DNA from: Balanoglossus misakiensis
Lineage: Eukaryota > Animalia > Hemichordata
DNA: 64,000 nucleotides
Reading direction: 5' to 3'
Assembly: GCA_040954595.2 (NCBI GenBank)
Contig: CM082576.2
Span: 12,341,129 to 12,405,128, forward strand
This document shows, piece after piece, positions 31,469-53,600 of the stretch. The translations under genes were made by a program, and so were the position numbers. Below the pieces are notes generated by a model that had not been told where the DNA came from, searched no databases, and saw nothing but the letters and a program-made list of their open reading frames with translations. Positions within the stretch are counted from its first letter, which is position 1, and every line of letters begins with the position of its first letter.

Positions 31469-32649
31469 TGGAAATGCAACAAAAATAATAACTGAATTTC
31501 ACTGGACTTTGAAAACGGAACCCGACCAATTGACCCGCGCCATGCCACTTCGGTTGACCGTACGTTAGTGAATGCCTGGTTTTGCTCATTAGCATATTAA
31601 TCAATGACCAGGTGGATCTACAGTGTGATGACCAAGCACGACCCCCTCACAAGCAATTGCATTATTTCCGGAGATTGCAACAGGGGAAAAGATTGATATC
31701 AATGGAAACTGTGATACATGCATGAAAATAACTATACGAAGGTTTTATAAAATTCTCTTCTACCGGTAAATGTCTTCCTGTGTAGGAGCTTGGTTTGAGA
31801 TCGAAGGCAAGACCTCGTAGTTGCCAGTGTAGAAAAGGTGTTATCTGTGACAAAATATTGCAGAAAATTCTTACTGGAATGGGGAAAAAAGATTCCTCGT
31901 CAGTGGTGTCAGAATAAAGACGAAAGCTCGCCTCAGTGAAAAAATGACACTTGAGGGCATACTTCAGAAAATATGCCGATGACCAACACCAGAGTAATCC
32001 CCCACCCCTGCATGCCATCGTCTTTGTGTGTTTGTATTTGAGAATAATGACGATTCACTTCATTTCAGCTTAAATTTTGGGGTGCCAAAATACACAAAAA
32101 CCACCCAGAGCCAAGTATGTGACTAGGCAATTTCTCCAGTCTGGGGATTGACATCCCCACCCCCCAACTCAAAGCATAACAGTTTGACCATGCATGTTCT
32201 AAATTTCTAAGTTTTCTCCTGAAAGTAATTAGAACCTCATTACTTGCCACTCCATAAGATAGAAAATTTGAACAGGGTGGGGGAGGCTATGACTTTTGCA
32301 GTAGACCAGTTTTGATTCAAGAAATACACCAACTTGGTTGTCTGCTTCTGCTAAAGCTGGCGGATGCATCTTCACACACCTGAGGTCTAGGAAATGAAAA
32401 ATCTGGACACTAACAGCACACATTTGAACTGAGAATTTCCAAAACAGGGTGATCCCCCTCCCCCAGAGGAAACTGACCATTCCTCAACAATTTTCGATAA
32501 TTGGGCAAAGTTGCATAAGTCAACTGAGACAGACCATGACATGACTGTCTGTCCAAAAGTTGGAAGTGGGAGAGATGTTGGTTCCATAGTGGTTTATAGC
32601 TAATAGCAAAATAACCCCATACATATCAGCTTCAATTAATAAGAAATAC

Positions 32650-32658
32650 TACATACAT

Positions 32659-32692
<34 letters not shown>
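32650..32692. repeat. Compound (TACA)n(CA)n microsatellite
   Basis: tacatacatacatac...acacacacac seen directly. Confidence 0.9.
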
Positions 32693-34614
32693 CACATTAC
32701 CCAACAGCACCGAGTCCAAAAACAACACTGCAACAGACTTAGCATTATATAATTATATTTTTAATAAATGGTTACAGCAAAATTAAACAGAACTGGGCAT
32801 TTTCTTGCCATAAACTAAAAAATACATGTATATTATGCTAATTGTGTGTGGGTCATAAAAGCGGTTTTTGTTACACGCTGCCATCGCATCTCTGCATGGA
32901 AATACAACTGCTTCAATTTTTCACAATCATCCTCGCTCCTCTCTGGGCTTTCTGCATCACGACCTTCACATCCTTCGTGGGTAAAACTTGTGCAGTCAAA
33001 GAATACGGCTGTCCGCAACGCGTGGAAGAACATTATTATCGGGTCAAATCTAGGTGCTAACAAGTTGCAATTAAAAACACAACAAAAAAGATGATATGTA
33101 AACCAAAAGCATGCTGAAACCAGGTACTTCCATGCAGAGATCAATTCTAAATTTACAACTGTAGGCTAATATTGACAAAAGTTGATCTGTACCCATCTAC
33201 AGCTTTGTACACACTCACATGCACAATCCCTAAAAATTCAATTGGCAAAAAAATAATACTATCATCCTTGTATCCCAGTAAGTCAGTACCAAATGAAAAT
33301 TAAATGCCATGATAATAGGTTACACAAAACGATAGAGGGAAAGGGGGGGGGGCGTAATCTTCAGACAAACGAAAAGTACAGCGACAATGCACCTCATGTA
33401 ATTTTGTATTGTGTGATGAGCTCGTAGGAGGGAAAATATCGCACTCGGCGACCTACTTGTAAATTTCCCTGGGGTAGATATAAAGAACGGTTCCTTACTA
33501 TCTTCCACGGTGACAGTGTTGTTGTTTTTTAAATCGCTAGGAGTGATGATGGGGGGGGGGGACACTGAAAAACCTCCATCGCTATAGATACAGTGCTGGA
33601 AAGAAAAGTGACAATCATCCTCTGCTCTGGCGACATTCACAAATTGCTTGACTATTTTTTTTATCTATACACAAAAGACTAAGAAACACATCCTACTCCG
33701 ACACACACCAACGTCCCTCCTCTTCACCGACGTTTTAACTACACTACTTTCGTCAACAATGTATACAATCGCCGGCTGCAAGCGGGGGGAGTCGTCGATG
33801 TGCGTCGCGCATTATGTGAATGGAATGTCACCACAGCCGAGCTCAGTAAATTTCTCTCTTTTTTATTTATTATCATTTTTTTTCTCATTTTTTCGAAATA
33901 TTTTATTTATTGTCGACATCTACACTGAACTCCCACTGTGCCTGAAAAGAGTAAAAATTGCACGTGAGACACCACAGAATGTATACATTTTGTATCAGTA
34001 CTTCCAGACTCCAGAAATAAAACGCATGCTAAACAACCGACATGATTTATATTAATATACTTCAAGCTGTCTGATACATTTTTCAAAGCTTTCATATTTT
34101 ATTACATAAATTTAAACACATTGTGAACGGGAGGGGGGATGGTTTTACAGTTTGAGACAGGGGCCCTGTTACGACTTCTTGGGAAACTACTGCTAAGACC
34201 GACACTGCTGTTTGACCCACTACTTCTCTCTCCCCTGAATAAAATACTGCGTGTTTCGTCTTCCAAATAACTTTATAAATTATTTTTTTTGCACAGGACG
34301 CTACTGGTTAAGTATGTCTACAGAAAACGTGAGCTGTAGAAAGTTTGGAAATTTCGGGACACTACCAACACTGGTTTGACAGACACTACAGAAGCTATCC
34401 TCGGTATGCCGAGGGGAAAAAATTCTCCCTTATTATTTTTTTTTTCTAACTGTTCACACACATCCCGACCACTCAATTCCCCCAAAAATCATAGTATCAC
34501 AATATCCCCAACTTGGAAACATAAATTGTATATAAACCAGGCTTCTGAGAGATATTCTTTTAAACACTGTAATAGTTGTAGAGTCCATTTTTCTTTTTGC
34601 CCCCGAGTGTCAAA

Positions 34615-42225
<7,611 letters not shown>

Positions 42226-43660
42226 GTCACGGAAACACCTATATAATGTAGAATTTGGTTAATATTCTCCCACCAGATATAAATTTTGGTTACGTTGCCG
42301 ATTCTTTGATCAGATCTGCCACGAAAGGAAGTCCAAGATGGCTTCCTCGTCTAACGTGCAATGAGCAATTGTCTGGTAGAGGGGGGTCTAGCCTATTGCC
42401 TGTTCCGATAATGACGTAATGCATCGACGTGGCACCGTCTGACCTCACCCGTCGTCAACAGAAATGAATAATAATTGTTATAAAACACAAATACAACCGT
42501 AATGATGACTGAATTACAAAAAATAATAATAACGTATGCGTTATTACAAGTATAGGTGACAGCGTGATAATGATGTGGGGAATAAGGTTAGAGCTAAAAA
42601 TAGGTGACGTCATTTTACTGAGAATCGACACTGGTACAGTATAAGTATTCCATTGAATCGGCGACAGATAAAGTGCAAACTATGAAAAATGCCTAAATTG
42701 CAGAAAATTCGTTGAATTTACGTCAATAAGCACAAAGTTATATGACCAATTTGATATACCTCATTGGAATAAATAAACCACAGTTGTTTTTCGTAGTCAG
42801 TGCACAAAAAACGAACTTTGACTTTTCTTGCCATCAACGGGTACTTCCAGGTGGTATCATTAAAAGAATGTATTCTTTAGTTGCGGAAAATAAAAGTAAA
42901 ATATCCCCGTTTACATATTCATGTATAAATAGGCTATTTATTCACAGAAAATCAATATTAGACAATTAAATTTGAATGCTGCACAAAGAGAATTTCATTC
43001 GATCATTGGGAACATGACTTTTAAAATTTGCTATAGGATTATAGAATATTGAGTCTTCCTGAATTCTTATCGTCGCTAGAATATTTTCACCAGGAACAAA
43101 AGTTGAACAAATGTTGAAGCAAGAAATGTTGATGTGAATATACATCATATCTACGAACTTAAAGAGTTTAGTATAGTGCGAAAAAGCATTATGAAGCTTT
43201 TTTACGACGTGAGCACCATGAACTCTTTCGTCTGTAAGTTGTACATGTATTGCCAATAAAGGAGTCAATGCGACCAAGTTCGTTGTCTGAGATCCCGGGC
43301 GCGGTTGAGTCTCTATAACTGAATGTTGTAAAACGGTTGACATATAATTTCTATTTTTGTAGATGACGGTAAACACGTATAAACGTGTGACGTGGCACAA
43401 TTTGCGTTTCATTTCACTTGTGCTTCGTCTTTATTTCAACATATCGGAATTCCTGGCAAAACGCACGAACCACCTTCGCTTGCGCGCCCCGGCCGGCCCG
43501 CGACTGGCGGAAGAAACAAAAGATATCTTAGGATACAAGTTTTAAGTTTGAGGGCGTGTGGTAGTACGTGTATTGTCACGTGATCTTCCTAGCGACGACT
43601 ACACTACGCATCCAAACATTGTTGCTTTTGCGCATCCACAGAAAACAGTGAGCTACCAAG
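42226..43660. promoter_or_regulatory. Divergent Rab1/AK7 promoter region
   Basis: Start codons are ~1.4 kb apart head-to-head. CpG-rich patches lie near each start. Motifs: YY1-like AAGATGGC (~42336), CRE-like TGACGTAA (~42412), E-box GTCACGTGA (43575-43583), X-box-like TTCCTAGCGAC (43586-43596). Confidence 0.55.
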
Positions 43661-46600
43661 ATGGCGGAGGAAAGCGAAACACAAGAAATACCAAAGTCAA
43701 AGTTGATATTTGTCAACCAGTTAGATGGTTACGAGGGAAAGAATATTGGGAAGGTAAGACGTTTAAGATCGCTAAGGACTCGTGTGACAAACATCTTGGT
43801 TGTGCAGCCTGCAGGTTAAATTCTCAGATGTAACCCGGGTGTACTACATCATACATGTATAACAAGTTGCCCAATATTATCATTCATTTTCAACGTATCC
43901 TTCACATTACTGTATTCCAGATCGTATTCACAGAAAAGAAGATGATGACTTTGCTACTTAAAAACCAAACGTTTCATACCAATTGATTGCGTAAAGGGAA
44001 CTACAGTGATTTTACTTGGCGCTTTAACTTGAAATATAATATTTGATAATTATATTGACTGAGATACATTATGAACATCCACAAAATGGTATATGGTGAA
44101 TGGAATTCCACTAATATCAAGGTTAGGTATCAATTACAATGTAAATGCTTTGTTTTTTCTTCAGTTCCTGTCAACATGTGTTGTTGGGGCTTCACTGGAA
44201 GAAATGGAAGAAGAGGAAGATGATAAAAGCATAGACAGTGATGTTCTTCACAGGCCAAAGGAAGGTACCTACGAAGTTGTGGGTACAGTCAAAGATCTCT
44301 CAACTCCCAAACCAGAATGGGCAAAAGATGTGGTTTTGGTGGGTGTCCATTTTATAATCAGTATCAGTTTGTATTGCCATTACATGACAAGCTTTTGCTT
44401 GAAATGTTACGTTGGATCAGCATGTACCGTTTTCAGAAATAAGTTATCCATAGATCCTGAGGGGCTGATTTATCAGTCTTTGAAATGAATCAATTATATA
44501 CTTTATTTGCATACCAATGAAAATAGTTCGATTTAAAACTTATTTTCATTTGTTCTGCTTACACAGACAACTGAACGAGATCAACTTTTAGAACATTTGA
44601 TGGAGTGTGATATCATTGTATATGACATCACAGAAGATCCAGATCAAATTGATGAAGCAAGCTGGGCAGTTTCAGGTATGAACACATCTTTTTCACTGCT
44701 GAAATATACTATCTCGCACTTCATCATTTCATCTATTGCAGATTTTTATTTTTTATTTTGGCAGTTAAAATCTTTCTATCAATCTGACCGTTTGTTGTTA
44801 TATTACAGCCCTGCACGCTGAGATTGACAGATTTGATGGTCCCAAAATGTTTGTACTGTTGTCGACAGTCATGACCTGGGCAAAAAGCAAGCCACTTGAT
44901 CCAGTAAGTACATTTGTATCTTTTTTTTTGTACATGTTGTTTTTTGTTGTCATGAATTAACATTGTGCACAAAACATATCAATTATTTTATTTCTTGACC
45001 ATGTAATGTCATATGGTGTGCAACCTGTATCTTCAATCTCTAAACAAATTCCCCATTGCAGGATGATCCTGAAATCCCTTTCACTGAAGACGATTATCGC
45101 AGAAGGAAGCCACACCCAAACTATAAATCTCACATCAGTGCGGAAAAGTTGGTGATCAAACTTGGGAAAACGGTGAGTTTCTGTGAAATTGCCACGCTTG
45201 AGTTTTTTCTTTTGTGTACTATTTTATTGCTTTAGTAGTTGTTGATTGTGAAATCAACTTTGTGATCTCTGTTTTCTTTTGACAGAATAAAGCCAAGTTT
45301 GTCACCTATGTTGTTGCATCAGGGTTGACATACGGAGCTGGTGAAAACATATTTCACTATCTTTTCAAAGTAAGTAAATTTGTAATACAATTTTTCGTTA
45401 GTACCAGAAACACTTCTGGTTTAAGCAGCAGATTGTTTCTTCCAGTCTTCACCAATTTGTTTAACAAAGTATCACATTCATCTGTCATATAACAGTGTAT
45501 TGATACCGGTATTTTTTGTTTGCTTGTTTGCAGACTGCCTGGCATGGACAAGCTGAAGCTCTACAATGCTTTGGCAATGGAATGAACGTAGTACCCACTA
45601 TCCACATCAAAGATCTTGCAGCGTAAGTATTTTCGTGAAAATTATGAAAACAAAACTTTTAAACCATTGAAAGTAAATTAATATTTTACAAATGATATTT
45701 ATTTTAATTATATAAACATTTTTTAACAACTTTTCATTATCATACAGGGTTATTCAAAACATCGCCGACAGCCGTCCAAAAACTCGCTACCTTGTGGCAG
45801 TGGATGATTCTCAGAATACCTTGGAAGAAATTGTCAGGGTAAGCTCCTTATACAGCTCTTTCACGTAATTCATGAGTTCAGACTACCACGTTGATTGGGG
45901 GAAAAAATTCATTTTTGAAAGAAAATTTCATTTCTGGATTTGGATAAAGCTGATATTCTTTTAGCACTTAATGTAGTCTGAATATTACATAAAAATCCTC
46001 AATACTCTGCCATTTATAGTAGAATGGTTTTCTGACTTTGGTGGTGTGTGTTTTGTCTACAGTGTGTCAGCACCAGCCTTGGGAATGGTAAGATCAAACA
46101 CATCACCCAGGAAGAAGCATTGCTGAGCAAAGATCTGGAGGTAAGGTTTATAAATTATATACATGTAGATGTTTTGTCAGTAACATCAGAGAATGTGTGA
46201 TATGTCATACAACCGTCTCACTACTTTTTTATATTGAAAAGCCAAACCAATCAAAGCTCTGTGGGGTACTCAAGTGTAATAAAGTTCAATGTACTTTCCA
46301 ACCTGCAGCAAGCTGACTTTGACCAGTTGTTGGTTAGCCTCCGCATGGACGCCGTCTACATCAAAGAAAGTATGAACATCAGGTGGGCGTCGGAGACGGG
46401 AGTTGTTGACAACATTCCAATTATTATCAAAGAATACAAAACAACGAGAGGACTGCAGGTAAGTCTCGGTCAATGTGTTTTGTTCTTAGTAATGGATGTA
46501 CTTTGTAGGTATTAGAAGCTATAAAGTTCCTTGAACATATACCTGGTTTCACACAGATCTTACCACCATCTAACAACTTCTCAAATAAGTTACCAATTCG

Positions 46601-49600
46601 TTCCTTTGAAACTAGGCATTTCTCATATTCTTGTCTCTTTACTTATCTCTGAGTCTATCTTCAGTATTCATATATGCATGTCTGACCTCTAGTTTTGATT
46701 TTTGTTTCACAGCCAATGCGTGCCTGTATACTGGGACCACCGGCTGTTGGCAAGACATCAGTTGTGAAGAAGCTGTGTGAACACTACAAACTTCACCACA
46801 TCAAGATCAAGGACGTCATCGATGAGGCCATCGATAAATTGGTGAGTGATGAACCCTTGTCCTAGAAATCTAGGAAATTCTAGAATACAGTCTCCTGTAT
46901 GATGTAAATGTGAACTATATGTATATGTAAAAACTCCACTGGACTTACATTCAAATTTGTAATCTGTTCTCTTACAGCAAAGGAGTGCTGCCCGTGCCGA
47001 TCAAGACGAAAACGAAGACGATGATGGCAAAGCGCAAGAAGATCAGGAATTGTTAGACCAGATAAATGAAAGCAAAGAAAACAACAGTGGTATGTGCTTA
47101 TTGTCATTTGGAATCCACTATCGATTTTAAAAATACGGTAGTTTGGTTTTATGTCTGAATATAATTCAAACAGTTCATAACCGTGTCAATTCTGGGTGTG
47201 TTTTGTAGGCCGCATTGAAGACCAGTTCATCATCCAGTTCTTCCGTGAGAAGCTTCATTCCATGCCGTGCCAGAATCAAGGTTTCATCCTGGATGGCTTT
47301 CCCAAGACGTACCCACAAGCTAAGGAACTGTTTGCAAGTAAGTATGGATTATATTATGTAGAATGGATGTGGACATAAAAAGAATGGAGACTTAACCCTT
47401 TCAACCCCGTTTCCCTGTAAAACGGTTCAAAAGTGCCATTGAGAAAAATGGAGTTGGACCAAACCATGGTGGTGAAATGGCTTAAGTCACCAGTGCTACT
47501 TAGTTAGCCTAGTTTTGTTTTCTTCTCAGAATCATTAACATTCCATTTATTCTAACACTCTGGAAACACAAATCATGTAGGTTTGCCCCACATGCAATCC
47601 GTCATTTGTTTCCAACACCAAACAGTTGTACATTTTTTGCTTTGTTTCCTCCAACCAGCTGAAGAAGAGGAAGAGGAGCCGGAGGGCAGCAAAGCGCCGC
47701 AGTACGACCGGAACATCATGCCGGAGAATGTGATATCTCTGGACGCGCCCGACGACTTTCTGAAAATCCGAGTGATGAATCTGCCGGAGAGTGTGGTGGC
47801 AGGCACCCACAACACGGAGGAGGGTCTGCTGAGACGCCTCGCTGAATTCCATGCTGTCAACGAAGAGGACAACACAGTGCTCAACTACTTTGACGAACTG
47901 GAATTCCATCCCGACCACATAGGTAATGTGTTAGGACTAAAATCTTCCGTGTTTGTACAGTCATAAAATTTCTCACGCACAAAATATTTTTCCAATTTGA
48001 AATTCAAAATGGTCGCCATCTCTGTGTTAACTCTATGGAGAAAATGTAAAAAAAGTGACTTTTATGAAAACAAGACTCTAAAGACCATCATGGTTTCCTA
48101 TTTGTTTCAAAATTGTCCTTACACAATCATATATATTAAATAATTGAAAGATTTGAAGTACTGTAATTTTTCTGAAAATCTGTCCCCGATGCTTATACTA
48201 CTGGCACCTTAGCTAAATGTTGCCTTTTTTGGTGTTTCTGTAGATGTCACCAAGGAAGCTGATGAGGAGAACAAAGCCATCGTAGAAAAGATCATCAAGA
48301 TCATGGGAGAGCCCCGAAACTATGGACCCACGCCTGAGGAACTCGAAGAGATGGAGAGAATCGAGACGGAGAAGAGACTGAAGAGAGAGAAGGAAGAAAA
48401 AGAAGAGCGGGAGAGGAAAGAAGCAGAGGAGGCAGCCGAGAGACAACAGAGACAGGAGGAATGGGTAAGGAGGATAGCATTCTTCAGATGGTCTAGCGTT
48501 GTGAACTTAAAGTCTATGGGCGAATGCAGATGTTGGAGGATAAAAGCTAATTCACATATTATGTGCAATGACACCAGTTGCACTGGCTTGTGAGATTCCT
48601 GAGAAAATCACCATTACTATCGGTGTCGTGATGAACTTGATCACAATATTTGATTTGATGATTTAATGCAAGCATGTTTCTTGGATCTTTTCCGCAGTCG
48701 GCACGACTTGAAGAGGTCAAACGACAGGAGCAGGAGGTGCTGGAAAACCAGTCGATCCCGCTGAGAAACTACCTGATGAAGAACGTCATGCCAACGTTGA
48801 CACAAGGCCTGATCGAGTGCTGCAAAGTCCGACCAGAGGATGCCATTGATTACATGGTGAGTTTTTTCTCGGCACTGTGTTTGTAATCCTATGAAGGATT
48901 GTCAGGGCTCAAAGTTAACATTGTTAGTTGGCAGTTGGTAGCATTTTGCACTGATATACAAAAATTAAGGCAAAACCAAAAAAAATAGGTGCGTTTTAAA
49001 ATAATGTACCAGTACAACATGAACAATCTCTATTCATTTGTTTGTGTATATTGTTAGAGTTGTTGTATTTATACCAAAAGCTTTTTTTTATACGATGAAT
49101 TTCGTCTTGTATTGACAGCCTGAAAGAAAAAGTGACCCTTGAAAGGTGAAATTTTGGGAACATTTCATTTCATGCCACAGGAAGGTAGCGATGTGAATGC
49201 ACTCACTTACGTGTGGCTGGGTGACATCAAATGTGTATTCAACTCATAAATTTAATACCACACCGCACGTTTGTTTTCACAGTAACGACCCTTGTGTGTA
49301 CATCATGGGAAATTCAAGGGAAATTCATTAGAATATTGAAACGAGTTCAGTCGCAAAATTCATGTAACCTAGATTAGTTAGGGTCACCTGTGTGAAATTT
49401 GGTTGCCTATATAACTAAAAACGGTCACAACTTTGAGCCCTGACTGAGTTTTGTACGTCAAGTCCATGTTTTGTGTCATTTCTAATGTTTGCAGTGGAAG
49501 GAAGCACTATTGTTCTGCTTATATTAAAAAATCAAAGGAAATGATCTCTGTGCATGAAACTTGTGTTTTCAAATACCATTAGATAATAAACAACTGTCAA

Positions 49601-49768
49601 ATGTAGTGAGAATTCCATTGCCTTTTGAGTTTACCGTATAAAACCATATTTGCATTATTATTTTTTTTAGAAAATGGCACTTTTCAAATAATCTAACATT
49701 AACTCTATATTTTTGTCTAATATTCACAGGCGGAATATCTGTTTAAGAACAACCCACAAGTGGATTAA
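43661..49768 (+). CDS. AK7: Adenylate kinase 7 (ciliary), ~708 aa, 17 exons
   Basis: Exons: 43661-43753, 44165-44338, 44567-44675, 44809-44903, 45062-45172, 45286-45369, 45534-45622, 45748-45838, 46063-46140, 46309-46458, 46713-46841, 46978-47089, 47209-47337, 47659-47922, 48244-48464, 48698-48856, 49730-49768. Phase-consistent. [18 protein letters not shown]-loop [18 protein letters not shown], coiled coil, C-terminal Dpy-30 motif [18 protein letters not shown]...AEYLFKNNP. Confidence 0.95.
47392..47485. mobile_element. Short TTAA-flanked MITE (piggyBac-like termini)
   Basis: ttaaCCCTTTCA...TGAAATGGCttaa imperfect TIR with TTAA at both ends. A related copy lies in inverted orientation at 11904-11944. 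Confidence 0.55.
47965..48212. repeat. Interspersed repeat remnant in AK7 intron 14
   Basis: Its end tgtccccg...tactactggcacctta resembles the reverse complement of taaggtggcagtagt...ggggaca at ~14453-14487 in the last CUB-mucin intron. Boundaries approximate. Confidence 0.35.
48903..49442. mobile_element. Non-autonomous TIR element (hAT-like CAGGG termini), ~540 bp, in the last AK7 intron
   Basis: Perfect inverted termini CAGGGCTCAAAGTT (48903) and AACTTTGAGCCCTG (ends 49442). No coding capacity and no clear target-site duplication. Confidence 0.65.
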
Positions 49769-50661
49769 TCGATCATCTTTATTCTCTCTGGCTAATCTGA
49801 GATCCTGGGCGAAAAAACCTGGCTGGTGTAAGATGTAGAGTGTGCCAGATAAATTGTCTATTGCTGCAACATCAAAGAACTGAACAAGTTTCCAGTTGCG
49901 ATTTGCAACTGGAGCAAACTTCAACTTTTAGGACAGGTGGACTACCATGTACATTAAATATATATCCACTGATTTTTTAACGGAAGAATTGTTAATTTTA
50001 TCACTTGTATATATTAAAATATTGAACCCATGATTGGATTTTTGCTTCTTCAGAAATTTGTTCTGTACACCAGTGTTGTTGCTATTCCTGAGCCATCTCA
50101 CTGAACTGTGACCTTGTAACTATCCTTTGAATGCCTGTGTTTTTACAATAAATGAATTTGTTGAAGGTTATCATATGTTTACCAGTCTGTTCATTTGCAC
50201 CTGAAATCTCTCTAGTGGCAAATGCAAGATTTCAAGATTTCAGTTTCATCCAAGTTAGTTGCTGTGATGGGTTTACAGCGGAATTTGGGGCCTCTGCCCC
50301 AACATACACATACTATACAGTCTACTGGAGATTGCTGCTAATACTAGTAACAGATATTCACACCTTTGTACTCATGTTATTTCAGTTCTGATATTTAATT
50401 AATGACACTTATAAATTCTGTCATGGACATGCAGCACACTTTAAAATTTTGGAAAAATGATTTAAATTAAAAACAATTATTTAGAATGTACATTTGAAAA
50501 ATATTATTAGAATTGGCACTTTAATGAAGCCCTAGAATGCATCTCATCACTACTATTAATCTTGTTCCCTTTTCATCAGCCTCTCTGAAAATCTTCAACT
50601 CAGGATTCAGTTTGATAGTGTAGAGTTGCTCCCTGAAAAAAAAACTCTGAAAACTTGTTTT

Positions 50662-53600
50662 CTACCACTTTTTGCACACATCAGTGCTGTGTGAGGGTGT
50701 GAAGTGGCCAGGATCTGGATCAATGACAACTGGCGGAATCAGAATGGGCAAATCGGGATCACATGAATGTACAGGGTCGAAGGAAGTGCCATCGCATGTC
50801 CGCAATTCAAAGTCCTTGGTAAGGCAGAAGTAGATCTGAAGCAAGTAATTCTTCACACTTTTCTGAAACATGGAAAATGAGCATATTAATCAAATGAGTA
50901 ATCTGTATTCAACAAGTTATCAACTGAATGACCAGTGGTCTTGCAATATACCAGACCATATTCAAGCAAGTGCATTCAGAATGCAGTGTGGACATGTTGG
51001 TCGCACCCCCTAGCAATTTGTCAGGGGGGGGGGGACCAGTGCCACATGAAAAGATGTTAGTCACATGCCTGAGTGGAACCCCCCCCCCCCCACATATTCT
51101 GGCAAAGGGGAACAATTTCTCCCCTGTTCATACCATTCTTGATAAAACACAGAGTGCTTACCTTATCATTGTAACAAGCCATCCATGGTGTAAAGTCAAT
51201 ATCAAAAGCATCTGTCAATGCATTCGCAATGTCATTGTAGTCATATGATTGATCATCTGATGGCAATATATGTTGCCTTGCTAATGCACTGAAAATAAGA
51301 CACAGTTGAAAATTCATATGCATAAACGTTTGTCAGGAAAAAAATTCCTAAAAAATTCTTTTCTTGTTACATTTTAATCTCTTGTCAAAGTAGATGTTTT
51401 TTTAGCCAGTTTAAACAACAGATAATATTGAACATTTTGGGTGTGTCACAAAACAAGAAAATTGCATACTTGTATATGTTCAGGTCTCTACTTAAAATCA
51501 ATCCAACGCTAAAATACTTTTCCTGGGTGTCTATGGCTTCAAGGGTCACTCCACACGTTCCATGTTTGCGCCATTCATGGTTTCTGAAATGTATCCAGTA
51601 AAAAAAGTCTCCATGATTCTCACAAAGTAACTTAAGTTTTGTTCAGACATGGCAGTACTAGTCACTAAAATTGAATGAAATCAGGATAACTTGAAAAGTT
51701 ACTGAAGTCCAATAGTAAAGCTTGCATAACTTACAACAGCCAGTTTGGGTCTGAGTCGAGAAATAAATTGGGCCAATACCTCTTCAGTTTAGGGTATAGA
51801 TCCTATAATGACACAGAATGTTGATAGTTGCATAATTTGCTAAATGCACTTCTTTTTCCCATAGTTTTCTTGTTCAAAATGGAGGACAAAATTATTTCAC
51901 TTATTGTCTTAAAACCTGAATCAAAATGCAAACAAACCTTGATCTGATGTGTATCCAGGGACGATGAATCATTACAGCATGTTGGAGCTTGACCTCCTAT
52001 CTTGGATGGCCTGTGAAGAACAATGGTTAGTTCACATTTGAATCAGAAATTCAAAATATGACCAAGTCCTAAAATGGTAATTGTTTTAAAAAAAAGCGTC
52101 ACATTTGATACAATCATTAATACATTTACTAACAAATTTTTCACACAATTTTTGGACAGTGTTTTCAGAAAAGGTTGCATCAAATAACGATGTATCAAGA
52201 TCTTTAAAAGTTAACAGTGCTGTGTACTAATTTTACTTTGTAATGAAGGATAACACATACACACATACATGTACTACAATTCACCAATTGTTTGCCCCAA
52301 GAGGGCGCTGTATTATATAAATGAACATTACACCGTTAACCAAGCTGTGTTTGCACCAAGTTGGTACGCTCCATGAATATGGCTGATACTCATGGAGGTT
52401 ATTGCTTATAATTACAAGTAATATCTACTTGCTCACCATAAACCATGTATGAGCCATGTTTTCGTACCAACCACCCTGGGAATGCCACATCTCTGAGTTT
52501 TTCCCTGAAAACGAGAATGAAAAATTAAGACGCGTCAGAATATTGGACATCACTAGTCACTCACACAAGTTAAATCAGGATAAGGGTAAGTATCTGTCCG
52601 AGAACCAAATAGAGGAAAATGGCAGGAACTCAACTATGAAGCATGAAGTGTTTCCAAAGCTAGAAAGCCTTAAACTGTGCTAGTTGCATATTAATGAAAT
52701 CACAGACACTTGAAACAGATTTTCTCAAGTGTGTGTGATGAACTATATCACTTGTTGGATTATGCAAAATAAGTATAGTTTCCATACAGAATTATTCAAG
52801 GAACATGTATTTTACTTTCAAACAAGCACACATACACCCACTGGTATACATAAACAACAAATCTTATTTATTAAAGGTGCTTTATAAGCTTGCACATACT
52901 GGCACCTGGGTGTGTCTCAAATGCTAAAATAACCCAACAGAGGAAAAGACATATTTCTTCTCAGTTGACTCAAACTACATTTTTTTCTGTGGGTCTCCAT
53001 CATTCTCCAGATCACTACCACCAATAAAATGGGTCTGAATCACAAGATATACAGCTATCTTACCAAGTTCATCTTCAGTTTACAGAACGTTGGCCCCCAT
53101 TGCTGTGCATACACCAAATGATCCCAGTCATTTTGTAATAATCTGGTAGGAAGAAGAAAAAATTGTGTGAAAACGTTATTATGATTAAATTTTGTATATA
53201 TTACTATAAGCATTTGCAATTTCCTGATTCCATATAATATTTACTTTTTCTCACATGATGTACGGCATGTGATTATTTCCTGGATATCATAAATGGTATT
53301 GTACACACTTGTAATTTCCTGGTTAACTCTTAGATACTGCAAACAGTTTCTATAAATTTTATGAATGTATCAAAACAAGGAAGTTTGATTTCATAATTGA
53401 CGATGATTATGTGCAAGGAGAGGTAAAATTGTGGTCAGTGCACAATTTATCCAGGCAATTTTGTTTTCAAAACATCATCTGACTTGACAAGTTGAAGTGG
53501 TGAATATAGTAACTATTCTTACATCACAGACCGTAGCTAAATCAAAGCACAGACAGTTAGAAAACTAACTTTTTAAAACTACTGTGACTGGCCAGGTCTA

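Noticed and set aside
51024-51091. G-run and C-run that could form a hairpin, and similar G-runs at 33340-33561
   Set aside because: Low-complexity homopolymers with no definable TIR or TSD. Probably repeat debris.
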